64,000 nucleotides of DNA from Candidatus Brennerbacteria bacterium (GTDB taxonomy: Bacteria > Patescibacteriota > Minisyncoccia > UBA6257 > GWB1-50-10). The notes below the pieces were generated by a model. The model was given only the letters and a program-made list of their open reading frames with translations. It was not told where the DNA came from and did no database searches. Where the stretch lies: positions 1,382-65,381 of the forward strand of contig JACPEK010000002.1 of the NCBI GenBank assembly GCA_016183535.1, read 5' to 3'. Positions 40,029 to 47,909 of this stretch are shown here, in pieces; position 1 is the first letter of the stretch; each line of letters opens with the position of its first letter. Position numbers and translations under genes: made by a program.

Positions 40029-42281
40029 TTATTTCCGAAGTGCGTCCTCGCTTTTCAATTTATGGGGGTTGTGCGCGGGACAGGATTTATTCGAACATCG
40101 TTCGGGGATGGTCTTTGTGCCCTCCATCATCAAAGCCCCGCAGATATCGCACGTATTTCCCGTGGGGCGGGATTTCATGATGAATTTGCACTTCGGGTAG
40201 TTTTTACAGCTGTAGAACGGGCCGAAGCGGCCGCGTCGCGCGACGATCTCTCCGCTATCTTCAGGGCATTTCACGCCGGTGCCGTTCGAGTTGTTTTCGC
40301 TCTCCTTCACATATTTGCATTTCGGATAATTCGAGCATGCGATGAAGAAACCAAATCGTCCCTCGCGCTCAACAAGTTTTCCTCCGCCCGCCGGCGGATT
40401 TGCGCCCCCGCATCGCGGGCACACCTCCCCGATTTCTTTTGGCGGCTCCATTACACTCCCGTCGGCTTTACGGGCGCCGAGACATTCGGGAAACCGCTTG
40501 CAACTCAAAAATTTTCCCGTGCGGCCGAGTTTCACCACCATAGGACCTCCACAGAGCGGGCATACGTGCGCGGCATCCGCTTCGCCGAGCGTTGTGGCTT
40601 TTTCTATTTTTTCTTTTGCTTTGACGTCTTTCGCGAAGGGGCTGTAGAAATCTTTGAGCGTTTTCACATAGTTACGTTTTCCATCTGCAATCTCGTCCAG
40701 ATCATTTTCCATTTCCGCAGTGAAGGAGTCGCTGATGTAATGACCGAAGTGTTGCTCGAGGAACCCGGAAACCACCTCGCCGGTGTCGGTGGGTTTCAAA
40801 GACCGGCCGAGCTTTTCGACGTAGCCGCGCTTTTGAAGGGTGGTGATGATGGAGGCGTAGGTCGAGGGGCGGCCGATCTCCCGCTTCTCGAGCTCCTTCA
40901 CGAGTCCCGCTTCGGTGTAGCGCGGCGGCGGCTCGGTTTGCTTCTCCTCCTCCGTGATATTTTTGAGGGTGAGCGGTTCGCTCTCTCTTACCTCCGGGAG
41001 TTCCGTATCTTCGCCTCGGGCGCGCGGGTCGCCGGCAAGCCAGCCGGGAAACTGCACAATACTTCCCGTTGCAGAAAAATCGGGGCTAGAAATCGCGGAG
41101 CGATTTCGCCCGACCGCGCCTTCGGTGCGATTTAGGGAATGGCTACCGCTTATGACATTTGCCGTCACGGTGGTACGCAGGAGCCGCGCCTCCGCCATTT
41201 GCGATGCGAGCGTGCGTTCGCGGATCAAAGTGTAGAGTTTTTTTTGTTCCTCGTTCGCACCTGCGGATTTTTTTCGCGCATCCGTCGGGCGTATTGCCTC
41301 GTGCGCCTCCTGCGCGGTCTTGGATCGCGTTGCGTACGTGCGCGGCGCGAGATATTCTTTTCCGAACGTCTGTTCGATCACGCCGTAGATTACAGGAAGC
41401 ACTTCCTTGCTTAAATTCAAACTATCAGTGCGCATGTAGGTGATGAACCCCTGCTCGTAGAGTTTTTGCGCGACGGCCATCGTGCGGGAAGGCGCGAAGC
41501 CGAGGCGGGAACTTGCGGTTTGCTGGAGCGTCGAGGTGATAAAGGGCGGGCGTGGCGACCGTTTCACCTCGGTCTGTTTCACACCCGTCACGCGCCACGG
41601 ATGTTTTTTTGCGGTGGCAAGGATGGCGTCCGCTTCGGCGCGATCGCGCGGTTCTTTGGTGCAGGTGAGAATAATCGATTTCTTCCCTTCGGTAAGAAAT
41701 TCGCCGGTGATCACCCAGAACGTCTCTGGCGCGAATTTTTGTATCTCGCGCTCGCGCTCGACAAGGATCCGGAGCGCGGGGGACTGTACGCGGCCCGCCG
41801 AGAGACCGTACCGCACTTTTTTCCAGATGAGGCCCGAGAGGTCATATCCGAAGAGGCGATCAAGAACTCTTCGCGCCTCCTGCGCTTTCACGAGATGTGG
41901 ATCTACGTCGCGCGGATGCGCGATCGCCTCGCGCACGGCGGGTTCCGTGATCTCATGGAAAACCACTCGTTTCGCTTTCTCGCCCGGTTTCAGAAGTTCC
42001 GCAATGTGCCAGGCGATTGCCTCGCCCTCGCGGTCGGGGTCGGTGGCGAGGTAGACGGTCTCGGCTTTTTTCGCGAGTTTTGCGAGCTCGGCGACGATTG
42101 CGTCCTTGCCCTTCACCACCTCGTAGCGGGGGACGAAGCCGCCCGGAACATCAATCGCCTCCCGGTTGCTTTTCGGAAGGTCGCGCACATGCCCCACGCT
42201 CGCCTTGATGGTGAACGATTTGTCGAGATATTTCGAAATAGTCCGCGCTTTTGTTGGAGATTCAACTATTACCAAGTTCAT
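40029..42281 (-). CDS. topA: DNA topoisomerase I
   Basis: LVIVESPTKA, ATDPDREGE, SAGRVQS, ITYMRTDS, AHEAIRPT, C-terminal zinc ribbons. Confidence 0.97.
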   Translation of the reverse strand: MNLVIVESPTKARTISKYLDKSFTIKASVGHVRDLPKSNREAIDVPGGFVPRYEVVKGKDAIVAELAKLAKKAETVYLATDPDREGEAIAWHIAELLKPGEKAKRVVFHEITEPAVREAIAHPRDVDPHLVKAQEARRVLDRLFGYDLSGLIWKKVRYGLSAGRVQSPALRILVEREREIQKFAPETFWVITGEFLTEGKKSIILTCTKEPRDRAEADAILATAKKHPWRVTGVKQTEVKRSPRPPFITSTLQQTASSRLGFAPSRTMAVAQKLYEQGFITYMRTDSLNLSKEVLPVIYGVIEQTFGKEYLAPRTYATRSKTAQEAHEAIRPTDARKKSAGANEEQKKLYTLIRERTLASQMAEARLLRTTVTANVISGSHSLNRTEGAVGRNRSAISSPDFSATGSIVQFPGWLAGDPRARGEDTELPEVRESEPLTLKNITEEEKQTEPPPRYTEAGLVKELEKREIGRPSTYASIITTLQKRGYVEKLGRSLKPTDTGEVVSGFLEQHFGHYISDSFTAEMENDLDEIADGKRNYVKTLKDFYSPFAKDVKAKEKIEKATTLGEADAAHVCPLCGGPMVVKLGRTGKFLSCKRFPECLGARKADGSVMEPPKEIGEVCPRCGGANPPAGGGKLVEREGRFGFFIACSNYPKCKYVKESENNSNGTGVKCPEDSGEIVARRGRFGPFYSCKNYPKCKFIMKSRPTGNTCDICGALMMEGTKTIPERCSNKSCPAHNPHKLKSEDALRK

Positions 42282-42311
42282 ATTTCGACTACTCACTGCT
42301 TTTTTTGCCGC

Positions 42312-43193
42312 TCAATGAATTCTGAATTTTCCATTTTCTTCCGTGATCGTGCCTTCGAGTGTAAGCATCGTAAGATGGGTGAGCACGATATTGGGCTCCA
42401 GTGTAGTGAGTGCCGCTATTTTGTCAACGGAAAGAGGTTCGCGTGCCGTGATGAGCGCCGCGAAAACGGGGTTCGAAACGGCGCGGGGTTCGGTGAGACG
42501 TTCGGCGCGCGCGGACTTGCTCGCCAAAGCTTCCGCGACGGCGGGGAGGTCTTCTAAGAGATCTTTCGCGTTTCGTATGAGCCGCGCTCCTTCGCGAATG
42601 AGCATATGCGATCCTTCGTAGTGCGGGTGATCGGCGGGACCCGGCATGACGAACACTTCGCGTCCTTGGTTTGCGGCATGGCGCGCGGTCGCCAAAGCGC
42701 CCGAGGCGATCGGAGCTTCGACGATTATGACGGCGTCCGCGAGTCCGCTGATAATACGGTTCCGTGCGAGAAACTGGTTCGGGTAGGCGGGAGTTCCCGC
42801 GGGATATTCGGAAATAATCGCGCCGCGCACTTCAATGCGCCGCCCCAACGATTCGTGGGAAGAGGGATAGATCGTATCGGCGCCACACCCGAGGACCGCC
42901 ACCGTGATTCCTTCGGCGTCCAACGCTCCTTCGTGCGCGGCGGCGTCGACACCGAGCGCGAGGCCAGAGACGATCACCGCGCCGCGATTTCCGAGCTCGC
43001 GGGCGAGCGTACGTGCGCGCGCCCGCCCCTCATGGGTGGCTTTTCGCGTGCCGACTATCGCGATCACAGGGACGTCGTCTTGCGGAAGCGTGCCGCGCAC
43101 ATAAAGCGTGGTTGGTGGATCGGCGATTTCCTTGAGTCGAGTGGGATAAACGCTGTCATAGCGTGAAACAGCGTATATGTTTTTTACCTCCAT
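42312..43193 (-). CDS. dprA: DNA processing protein DprA
   Basis: AIVGTR, VSGLALGVD, FLARNRIISGL, SGALATA. Confidence 0.95.
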   Translation of the reverse strand: MEVKNIYAVSRYDSVYPTRLKEIADPPTTLYVRGTLPQDDVPVIAIVGTRKATHEGRARARTLARELGNRGAVIVSGLALGVDAAAHEGALDAEGITVAVLGCGADTIYPSSHESLGRRIEVRGAIISEYPAGTPAYPNQFLARNRIISGLADAVIIVEAPIASGALATARHAANQGREVFVMPGPADHPHYEGSHMLIREGARLIRNAKDLLEDLPAVAEALASKSARAERLTEPRAVSNPVFAALITAREPLSVDKIAALTTLEPNIVLTHLTMLTLEGTITEENGKFRIH

Positions 43194-43268
43194 ACGGATT
43201 AAACCGGTTATCTTAGTCGCCTTCCATACTATATAATGATAGCATTGCGGGGGATACCTTGTATTTTT

Positions 43269-43799
43269 ATGACATCATTCAAGAACAAACTCTTCGTGGA
43301 AATTGGCATTGGGGGAGGTATAGTGATTGCGCTTGGCATCGCGCTTGCCATGCTCGGCGGATCTATGAAAACCGCGAGCGGGCGCGTCGTAACGACTCGG
43401 ACGGAACTTCTCGAACGCTCTGCCTCGGTAGGATCTCTTGCGGCGCTCCGCGAGACATGGAAAACCAGAGCAGAGACGAGTTTGAACGTACTACGGAACG
43501 TGGTGCCGGAGAAAGATACGCTCATTAATGTTTCGCGTGATTTCCAGTCGCTCGCGTCGCAAACCCGCACCGAGTATTCATTCGGGTTCGTCGGGGAGAC
43601 GCCGGCGGGTGCGGCGGGCGATATCGGCGCGCTAAACTTTCGGCTTACGCTCCGCGGAGATCTCCCGAACATCTACTCGTTTATCGAGAAGTTTAGAGAA
43701 TTTCCGTATTTCTCCATGATTGACAGTTTTGTCATCGAGCGAAAAGGATCCGAAGCGCGAAGCGAACTCGTTGCGAATGGGAGGATATTCTACCGCTGA
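43269..43799 (+). CDS. PilO-like membrane-anchored protein
   Basis: N-terminal TM, coiled coil, ferredoxin-like C-terminus; family assignment is inference. Confidence 0.5.
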   Translation: MTSFKNKLFVEIGIGGGIVIALGIALAMLGGSMKTASGRVVTTRTELLERSASVGSLAALRETWKTRAETSLNVLRNVVPEKDTLINVSRDFQSLASQTRTEYSFGFVGETPAGAAGDIGALNFRLTLRGDLPNIYSFIEKFREFPYFSMIDSFVIERKGSEARSELVANGRIFYR

Positions 43800-43821
43800 C
43801 CATCAACTATTTTCATCTGCC

Positions 43822-44052
43822 ATGGATCGTCTCAAACGCGCCTTGGACGGCATTCAAAAAATAAAGCTGACGCGACGCACCCTCTTTTCCGCTTTGGGGA
43901 TGGTGATGGCGGTAGTAGTAGTGGGCGTTATCGTATGGCTCTCTACGTTTCTCGCAAACCAAATCAACGAGGCTTTGACCGCTGACCCGCATGCCGCTCC
44001 CTCGGTGCGGTTTGACATCGAAGGTTTTGAGAAGTTACAACTAACGAAGTAG
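43822..44052 (+). CDS. Hypothetical single-TM protein
   Basis: 76-aa ORF following the PilO-like gene. Confidence 0.6.
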   Translation: MDRLKRALDGIQKIKLTRRTLFSALGMVMAVVVVGVIVWLSTFLANQINEALTADPHAAPSVRFDIEGFEKLQLTK

Positions 44053-44055
44053 CGG

Positions 44056-44130
44056 TGGTGGGTGTGGAAGGAATCGAACCTTCGACCTCTGTCTTATCAG
44101 GACAGCGTTCTACCACTGAACTACACACCC
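44056..44130 (-). tRNA. tRNA-Ile(GAT)
   Basis: Reverse complement GGGTGTG...CTGTC-CTGATAA-GACAG...CACACCCACCA. Confidence 0.94.
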
Positions 44131-44184
44131 GAACGGATTCTATCGTGCCATTGTCGTCGTATTTTTTCAAGCGAAATAGTTATC

Positions 44185-44414
44185 GGGCCGTTAGCTCAGC
44201 GGTAGAGCACTTCATTGGTCCCGATATTGTTCAAATTTTCAATTTGATTACAATATCGAGGATCCCGTATGACTTTGGTGGGCCTATAGCTTAATGGTAG
44301 AGCACCCGGTTTGCATCCGGGAGACGCGGGTTCGATTCCCACTAGGTCCACAGGTCCACCAAAGTTATCGGGACAATGAAAGGGTCGCCGGTTCAAATCC
44401 GGCACGGTCCACCA
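44185..44414 (+). tRNA. Interrupted tRNA, probably Val(GAC): 5' part 44185-44216, 155-nt insertion, 3' part 44372-44414
   Basis: The joined halves give GGGCCGT/ACGGTCC acceptor stem, GCTC/GAGC D stem, TTCA-TTGACAA-TGAA anticodon arm, GCCGG-TTCAAAT-CCGGC T arm and ACCA end. Confidence 0.75.
44280..44350 (+). tRNA. tRNA-Ala(TGC), nested in the insertion of the interrupted tRNA
   Basis: GGGCCTA/TAGGTCC with G3:U70, CCCGG-TTTGCAT-CCGGG anticodon arm, GGTTCGATTCC T arm. Confidence 0.9.
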
Positions 44415-44462
44415 AAGTTATACACAAACTCCTGCGGGAGCGGGCGATATAATTAAAGAGAA

Positions 44463-44723
44463 ATGAATCGGTCTACCATCATCGCGATTGTAATAGCCCT
44501 TATTGCCGTTGCGGTAGGCGTCTATTACTTTACGGCCGATCTCGATACGACGCCGGAGGAGCGCGCGCTTACCGAAGCGGCGGATCTCCTCGCGGGAGAC
44601 GAGTCGAGCAACTTGTCGTCCGTGGTGGATACGAGCGTGAATCCGGTGGGGGAAACGCCCGACGTGAATCCGGTGGAGCGCGCGAATCCCTTTAGCGGCG
44701 TGAAGACTAATCCGTTCGAATAA
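44463..44723 (+). CDS. Hypothetical small membrane-anchored protein
   Basis: N-terminal TM, NP repeats, TATAAT upstream. Confidence 0.7.
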   Translation: MNRSTIIAIVIALIAVAVGVYYFTADLDTTPEERALTEAADLLAGDESSNLSSVVDTSVNPVGETPDVNPVERANPFSGVKTNPFE

Positions 44724-44725
44724 AT

Positions 44726-46582
44726 ATGAAACGAGAACTTATCGCGAGCGCGTTGATACTCTTTGTCGGCATCGTGGTCGCGGGAGCGGTGGCGGTCGTG
44801 CCGGCACTCGCGCAAGAAGGGAATGTGGCGAAGATCGAGTTTCCCGTCGCGGAGCTTGGCAATTGCGGGAGCGAGCAGGCGTGCAAAACCTATTGCGACG
44901 ATCCTGCGCACATCAAAGCGTGTGTGAATTTCGCGGAGCAGAACGGTCTCATGTCGCGCGCGGAAGCCGCGACCGCGCGGAAGTTCGCGGAAGGCGCATT
45001 CAAAGGCCCCGGCGGATGCACGTCGCGAGAATCGTGCGAATCGTACTGCGACGACGTGAGTCGCATTAATGAATGTGTGGCGTTCGCTGAATCGCAGGGG
45101 TTTCTCCCTCCCGAAGAATTAGCGGAGGTAAAACAGGTGCAATCCGCCATTGCGCGGGGCGTGGTGCCGCCCGCGTGCGGGAACAAGCGCGCGTGTGAAA
45201 GTTACTGCCGCGCGCCCGCGCACATGCAGGAATGTATCGCGTTCGGCGAAGCGGCTGGCTTCATCAAGGGGCAGGAATTGGAAGATGCGAAGAAAGTTTT
45301 GGGCGCGATAGAGAAAGGCGTAACCCCGCCCCCGTGCGGCGGGAAAAAAGAGTGCGATACCTACTGCGGAGAGGAAGCGAATTTCCCGCAGTGTATCGCG
45401 TTCGCGGAGGCCGCGGGGTTCATGTCGAAGGAAGAAGTTGCAATAGCAAAGAAGACGGGCGGGAAAGGCCCTGGCGGGTGCCGCGGCGAAGAATGTAAAA
45501 CCTATTGCGACAATCCCGCGAATCAGGGAATATGCTTCGCCTTCGCGAAGGAACATGGCCTCTTGAAACAGGAGGATCTTCAAAGGATGGAGGAGGGGAA
45601 GGCAAAGTTTGCGGAAGGGCTCCGGCAGGCGCCGCCCGAGGTGGCGGAGTGCTTGAAATCAACGGTAGGCGAAGAAGTATTGAACAAGCTTGCCACGGAG
45701 GGCGGTATGCCCCCGCGGGACCTGGGCGAGAAAATGCGCGCGTGTTTCGAGAATTTCAGACCTCGCCCGTCCGAAGAGTTCCGCGAAGGTGGGCCCTCGC
45801 AGGGGAATTTTCAAGGGCCGCCCTCGTTCGGAGAAGGTTTTGGTGAATCGCAGGGCGCATTCAGCGGCCCGGGCGGATGCACGAGTCCGGAAGAGTGCCG
45901 TTCCTACTGCGAATCGAATCCGGAGGCGTGCGCTAACTTTGGCGGCGGGATGATAAGGGAAGGAAGAGAAATTCCGCGTCCCGGCGAAGTTCCTCATTTC
46001 GAAGACGGGTTTCAAAGGGGTCAGTTCCCTGCATGTTCATCGCCCGAAGAGTGCAAACAGCAGTTCGAGGGTCGGGGCGGTTTCCCGGGCGGAACATCGG
46101 AGGGAGCGTTTCCGGTTCCTCCCAACAACATGATGCCGCAGGAGTTTCAAAAACAGTTTGGTGATCAATACCGCGCGGAATTTGAAAAACAATATCAACA
46201 AGGAAATATGCTGCCTGCGGGTCTTTCTCCGCAATATCCGCAAGGAGCGATGCCGTCTGGTGTGATGATGCCGCAGTCGCCGATGCGGGAGTTTCAGGGC
46301 GCGCCGTATCCCGCGCCGGGCGCGTATCCGCAACCGACCGGCGGAACCTATCCCTCACCGAGCGCTTATCCTTCAGGTGCAGAAAGTTTCCAGCAGTATC
46401 AGCAGTATCAAGGAACGACCGGCGGCTATCCGCCTGCCCCGACCGGAGCGTCGGGACCGCCACCTTCTGGTGAATTTAACGCGCCGCCGCCCGAGTTTCA
46501 AAGCGCGCCGCCGCCGCCTCCTTCAAGCTTGGGTCCGCAGACGCTCCTCGGTCTCTTCCTCAACATCTTCCGCGGCGAGTAG
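44726..46582 (+). CDS. Secreted Cys-repeat protein with Pro/Gln/Gly-rich tail
   Basis: Signal peptide; repeated (GPGG)C...C..YC...C..F units. Confidence 0.8.
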   Translation: MKRELIASALILFVGIVVAGAVAVVPALAQEGNVAKIEFPVAELGNCGSEQACKTYCDDPAHIKACVNFAEQNGLMSRAEAATARKFAEGAFKGPGGCTSRESCESYCDDVSRINECVAFAESQGFLPPEELAEVKQVQSAIARGVVPPACGNKRACESYCRAPAHMQECIAFGEAAGFIKGQELEDAKKVLGAIEKGVTPPPCGGKKECDTYCGEEANFPQCIAFAEAAGFMSKEEVAIAKKTGGKGPGGCRGEECKTYCDNPANQGICFAFAKEHGLLKQEDLQRMEEGKAKFAEGLRQAPPEVAECLKSTVGEEVLNKLATEGGMPPRDLGEKMRACFENFRPRPSEEFREGGPSQGNFQGPPSFGEGFGESQGAFSGPGGCTSPEECRSYCESNPEACANFGGGMIREGREIPRPGEVPHFEDGFQRGQFPACSSPEECKQQFEGRGGFPGGTSEGAFPVPPNNMMPQEFQKQFGDQYRAEFEKQYQQGNMLPAGLSPQYPQGAMPSGVMMPQSPMREFQGAPYPAPGAYPQPTGGTYPSPSAYPSGAESFQQYQQYQGTTGGYPPAPTGASGPPPSGEFNAPPPEFQSAPPPPPSSLGPQTLLGLFLNIFRGE

Positions 46583-46675
46583 AAAATTCCCGAAGAATAT
46601 CGTCGGGAATTTTCTATTATCATGATCCCGTCGAGGCTTGTCTCGAGCGAAGCCGAGGGATAGGATGGTTCCGCC

Positions 46676-47170
46676 ATGACAAGGAAAGGGGTAAAACTAT
46701 TGAACGTAAAACCGTTCCGGGAGACCTCGGGGTTCTGCGGACCCGCGTCGCTCAAAATGGTACTCGCGTATTACGGTGTGCGGAAGTCCGAGCGCGCGCT
46801 CGCACGCCTTGCGGGTGCCACGCGAAGTCAGGGCGTGGAAGCGCCGGGTCTCGTGAAAGCGGCGCGACGGCTGGGGTTTATCGCGCGCATCAAGGACCGC
46901 GCGACGCTCGCGGACATCAAAAAGTACATAAGGAAGTGCATCCCCGTTATCGTGGACTGGTTTTCTAATGACGACGGCCATTATTCGGTGGTGGTCGGCA
47001 TCACAAAGAGCACTATCTATCTCCAGGATCCGGAAATCGGGCGGGTGCGGGCAATGGACACGAAGACATTCAAGCGGGTGTGGTTTGATTTTCCCGGCGA
47101 CATCCTCCGCTCCAAAAACGCGGTGGTTCTTCAGCGTATGCTCGTGGTCCGCCGTTCGGGCAAAAATTAA
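46676..47170 (+). CDS. C39-like cysteine peptidase
   Basis: FCGPASLKMVL.YYG, GHYSVVVG, QDP. Confidence 0.8.
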   Translation: MTRKGVKLLNVKPFRETSGFCGPASLKMVLAYYGVRKSERALARLAGATRSQGVEAPGLVKAARRLGFIARIKDRATLADIKKYIRKCIPVIVDWFSNDDGHYSVVVGITKSTIYLQDPEIGRVRAMDTKTFKRVWFDFPGDILRSKNAVVLQRMLVVRRSGKN

Positions 47171-47195
47171 AATGATCCCGCCAAGGGGAAGATTT

Positions 47196-47909
47196 TTAAT
47201 GAAGCGCTTCCTTGATTTGTTCGCGGACTTCTTTGCTGGCACGCAGGACGGGATTTTTCGAGGCGACCGCTATGACTCTTCCTTTTGCGTCGAAAACGTA
47301 ATCGTCCAGATACACGCCATTGCACACCTGACATTGCGGTATCGTGTTCGAGAGGGCGAGAGGTTTATGCGGATCCATATGCCCCTGTTGGAGCGCTGTT
47401 GTTTTGCCGGGCTCAAGAAAATTTGGCTTGTGTTCTTGTGAGCCGCACGTGGCGCAACGGAACCCGTACACTACTTTAAGTTGTGCAAAATCTTTTGCGG
47501 CAATACGCCCCGCGCGTTTCAGCGATTTGAAGAGAAACGTAGGCTTCGGACTTTCGGTAGTGATGAGAATATGGTAGCCGCTCGGCACCACTTCTTTTTT
47601 GTTCTGATATTTGTCGCCTTTATTAAGCACATACCATCCGTCGCTCGCCAGATGACGAACTTGCTGGTCTTTGCCCGCTTTCGGATTTACGCTCGCTACA
47701 AATGACGAAATGGTGTCTTTGTGGACGAGCGCGCCCTTGTTCTTCCGCAGGAAAATGAGCCACAAGGCTTTTATACTGTTCCTCGCCGGGAACTTCACGC
47801 TGTACGGCGAGAGGTGGGTTTTGTGTTCTGCTTCGAGTTTTCGGTACCAACTTTCTATTTCATCGGGGGACATATACACATGCCCTCCTTGCTTATCCAG
47901 TTTTTTCAT
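47196..47909 (-). CDS. Putative HNH-type restriction endonuclease
   Basis: CATC...GHMDP...N.IPQCQVCN; overlaps the end of the methyltransferase gene. Confidence 0.7.
   Translation of the reverse strand: MKKLDKQGGHVYMSPDEIESWYRKLEAEHKTHLSPYSVKFPARNSIKALWLIFLRKNKGALVHKDTISSFVASVNPKAGKDQQVRHLASDGWYVLNKGDKYQNKKEVVPSGYHILITTESPKPTFLFKSLKRAGRIAAKDFAQLKVVYGFRCATCGSQEHKPNFLEPGKTTALQQGHMDPHKPLALSNTIPQCQVCNGVYLDDYVFDAKGRVIAVASKNPVLRASKEVREQIKEALH

Noticed and set aside
39963-42557. Long plus-strand ORFs of 390 and 363 aa opposite topA, and similar antisense ORFs opposite fusA, aspS and the ATPase
   Set aside because: Shadow frames of GC-rich genes with no recognisable motifs.
44056-44350. tRNA-Ile and tRNA-Ala as an rRNA operon spacer
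   Set aside because: They are divergent and no rRNA sequence flanks them.
44217-44371. Group I intron in the tRNA anticodon loop
   Set aside because: Position after U33 and a terminal G fit, but only about 85 nt remain outside the nested tRNA and they form simple hairpins with no recognisable catalytic core; a covariance search is still advisable.
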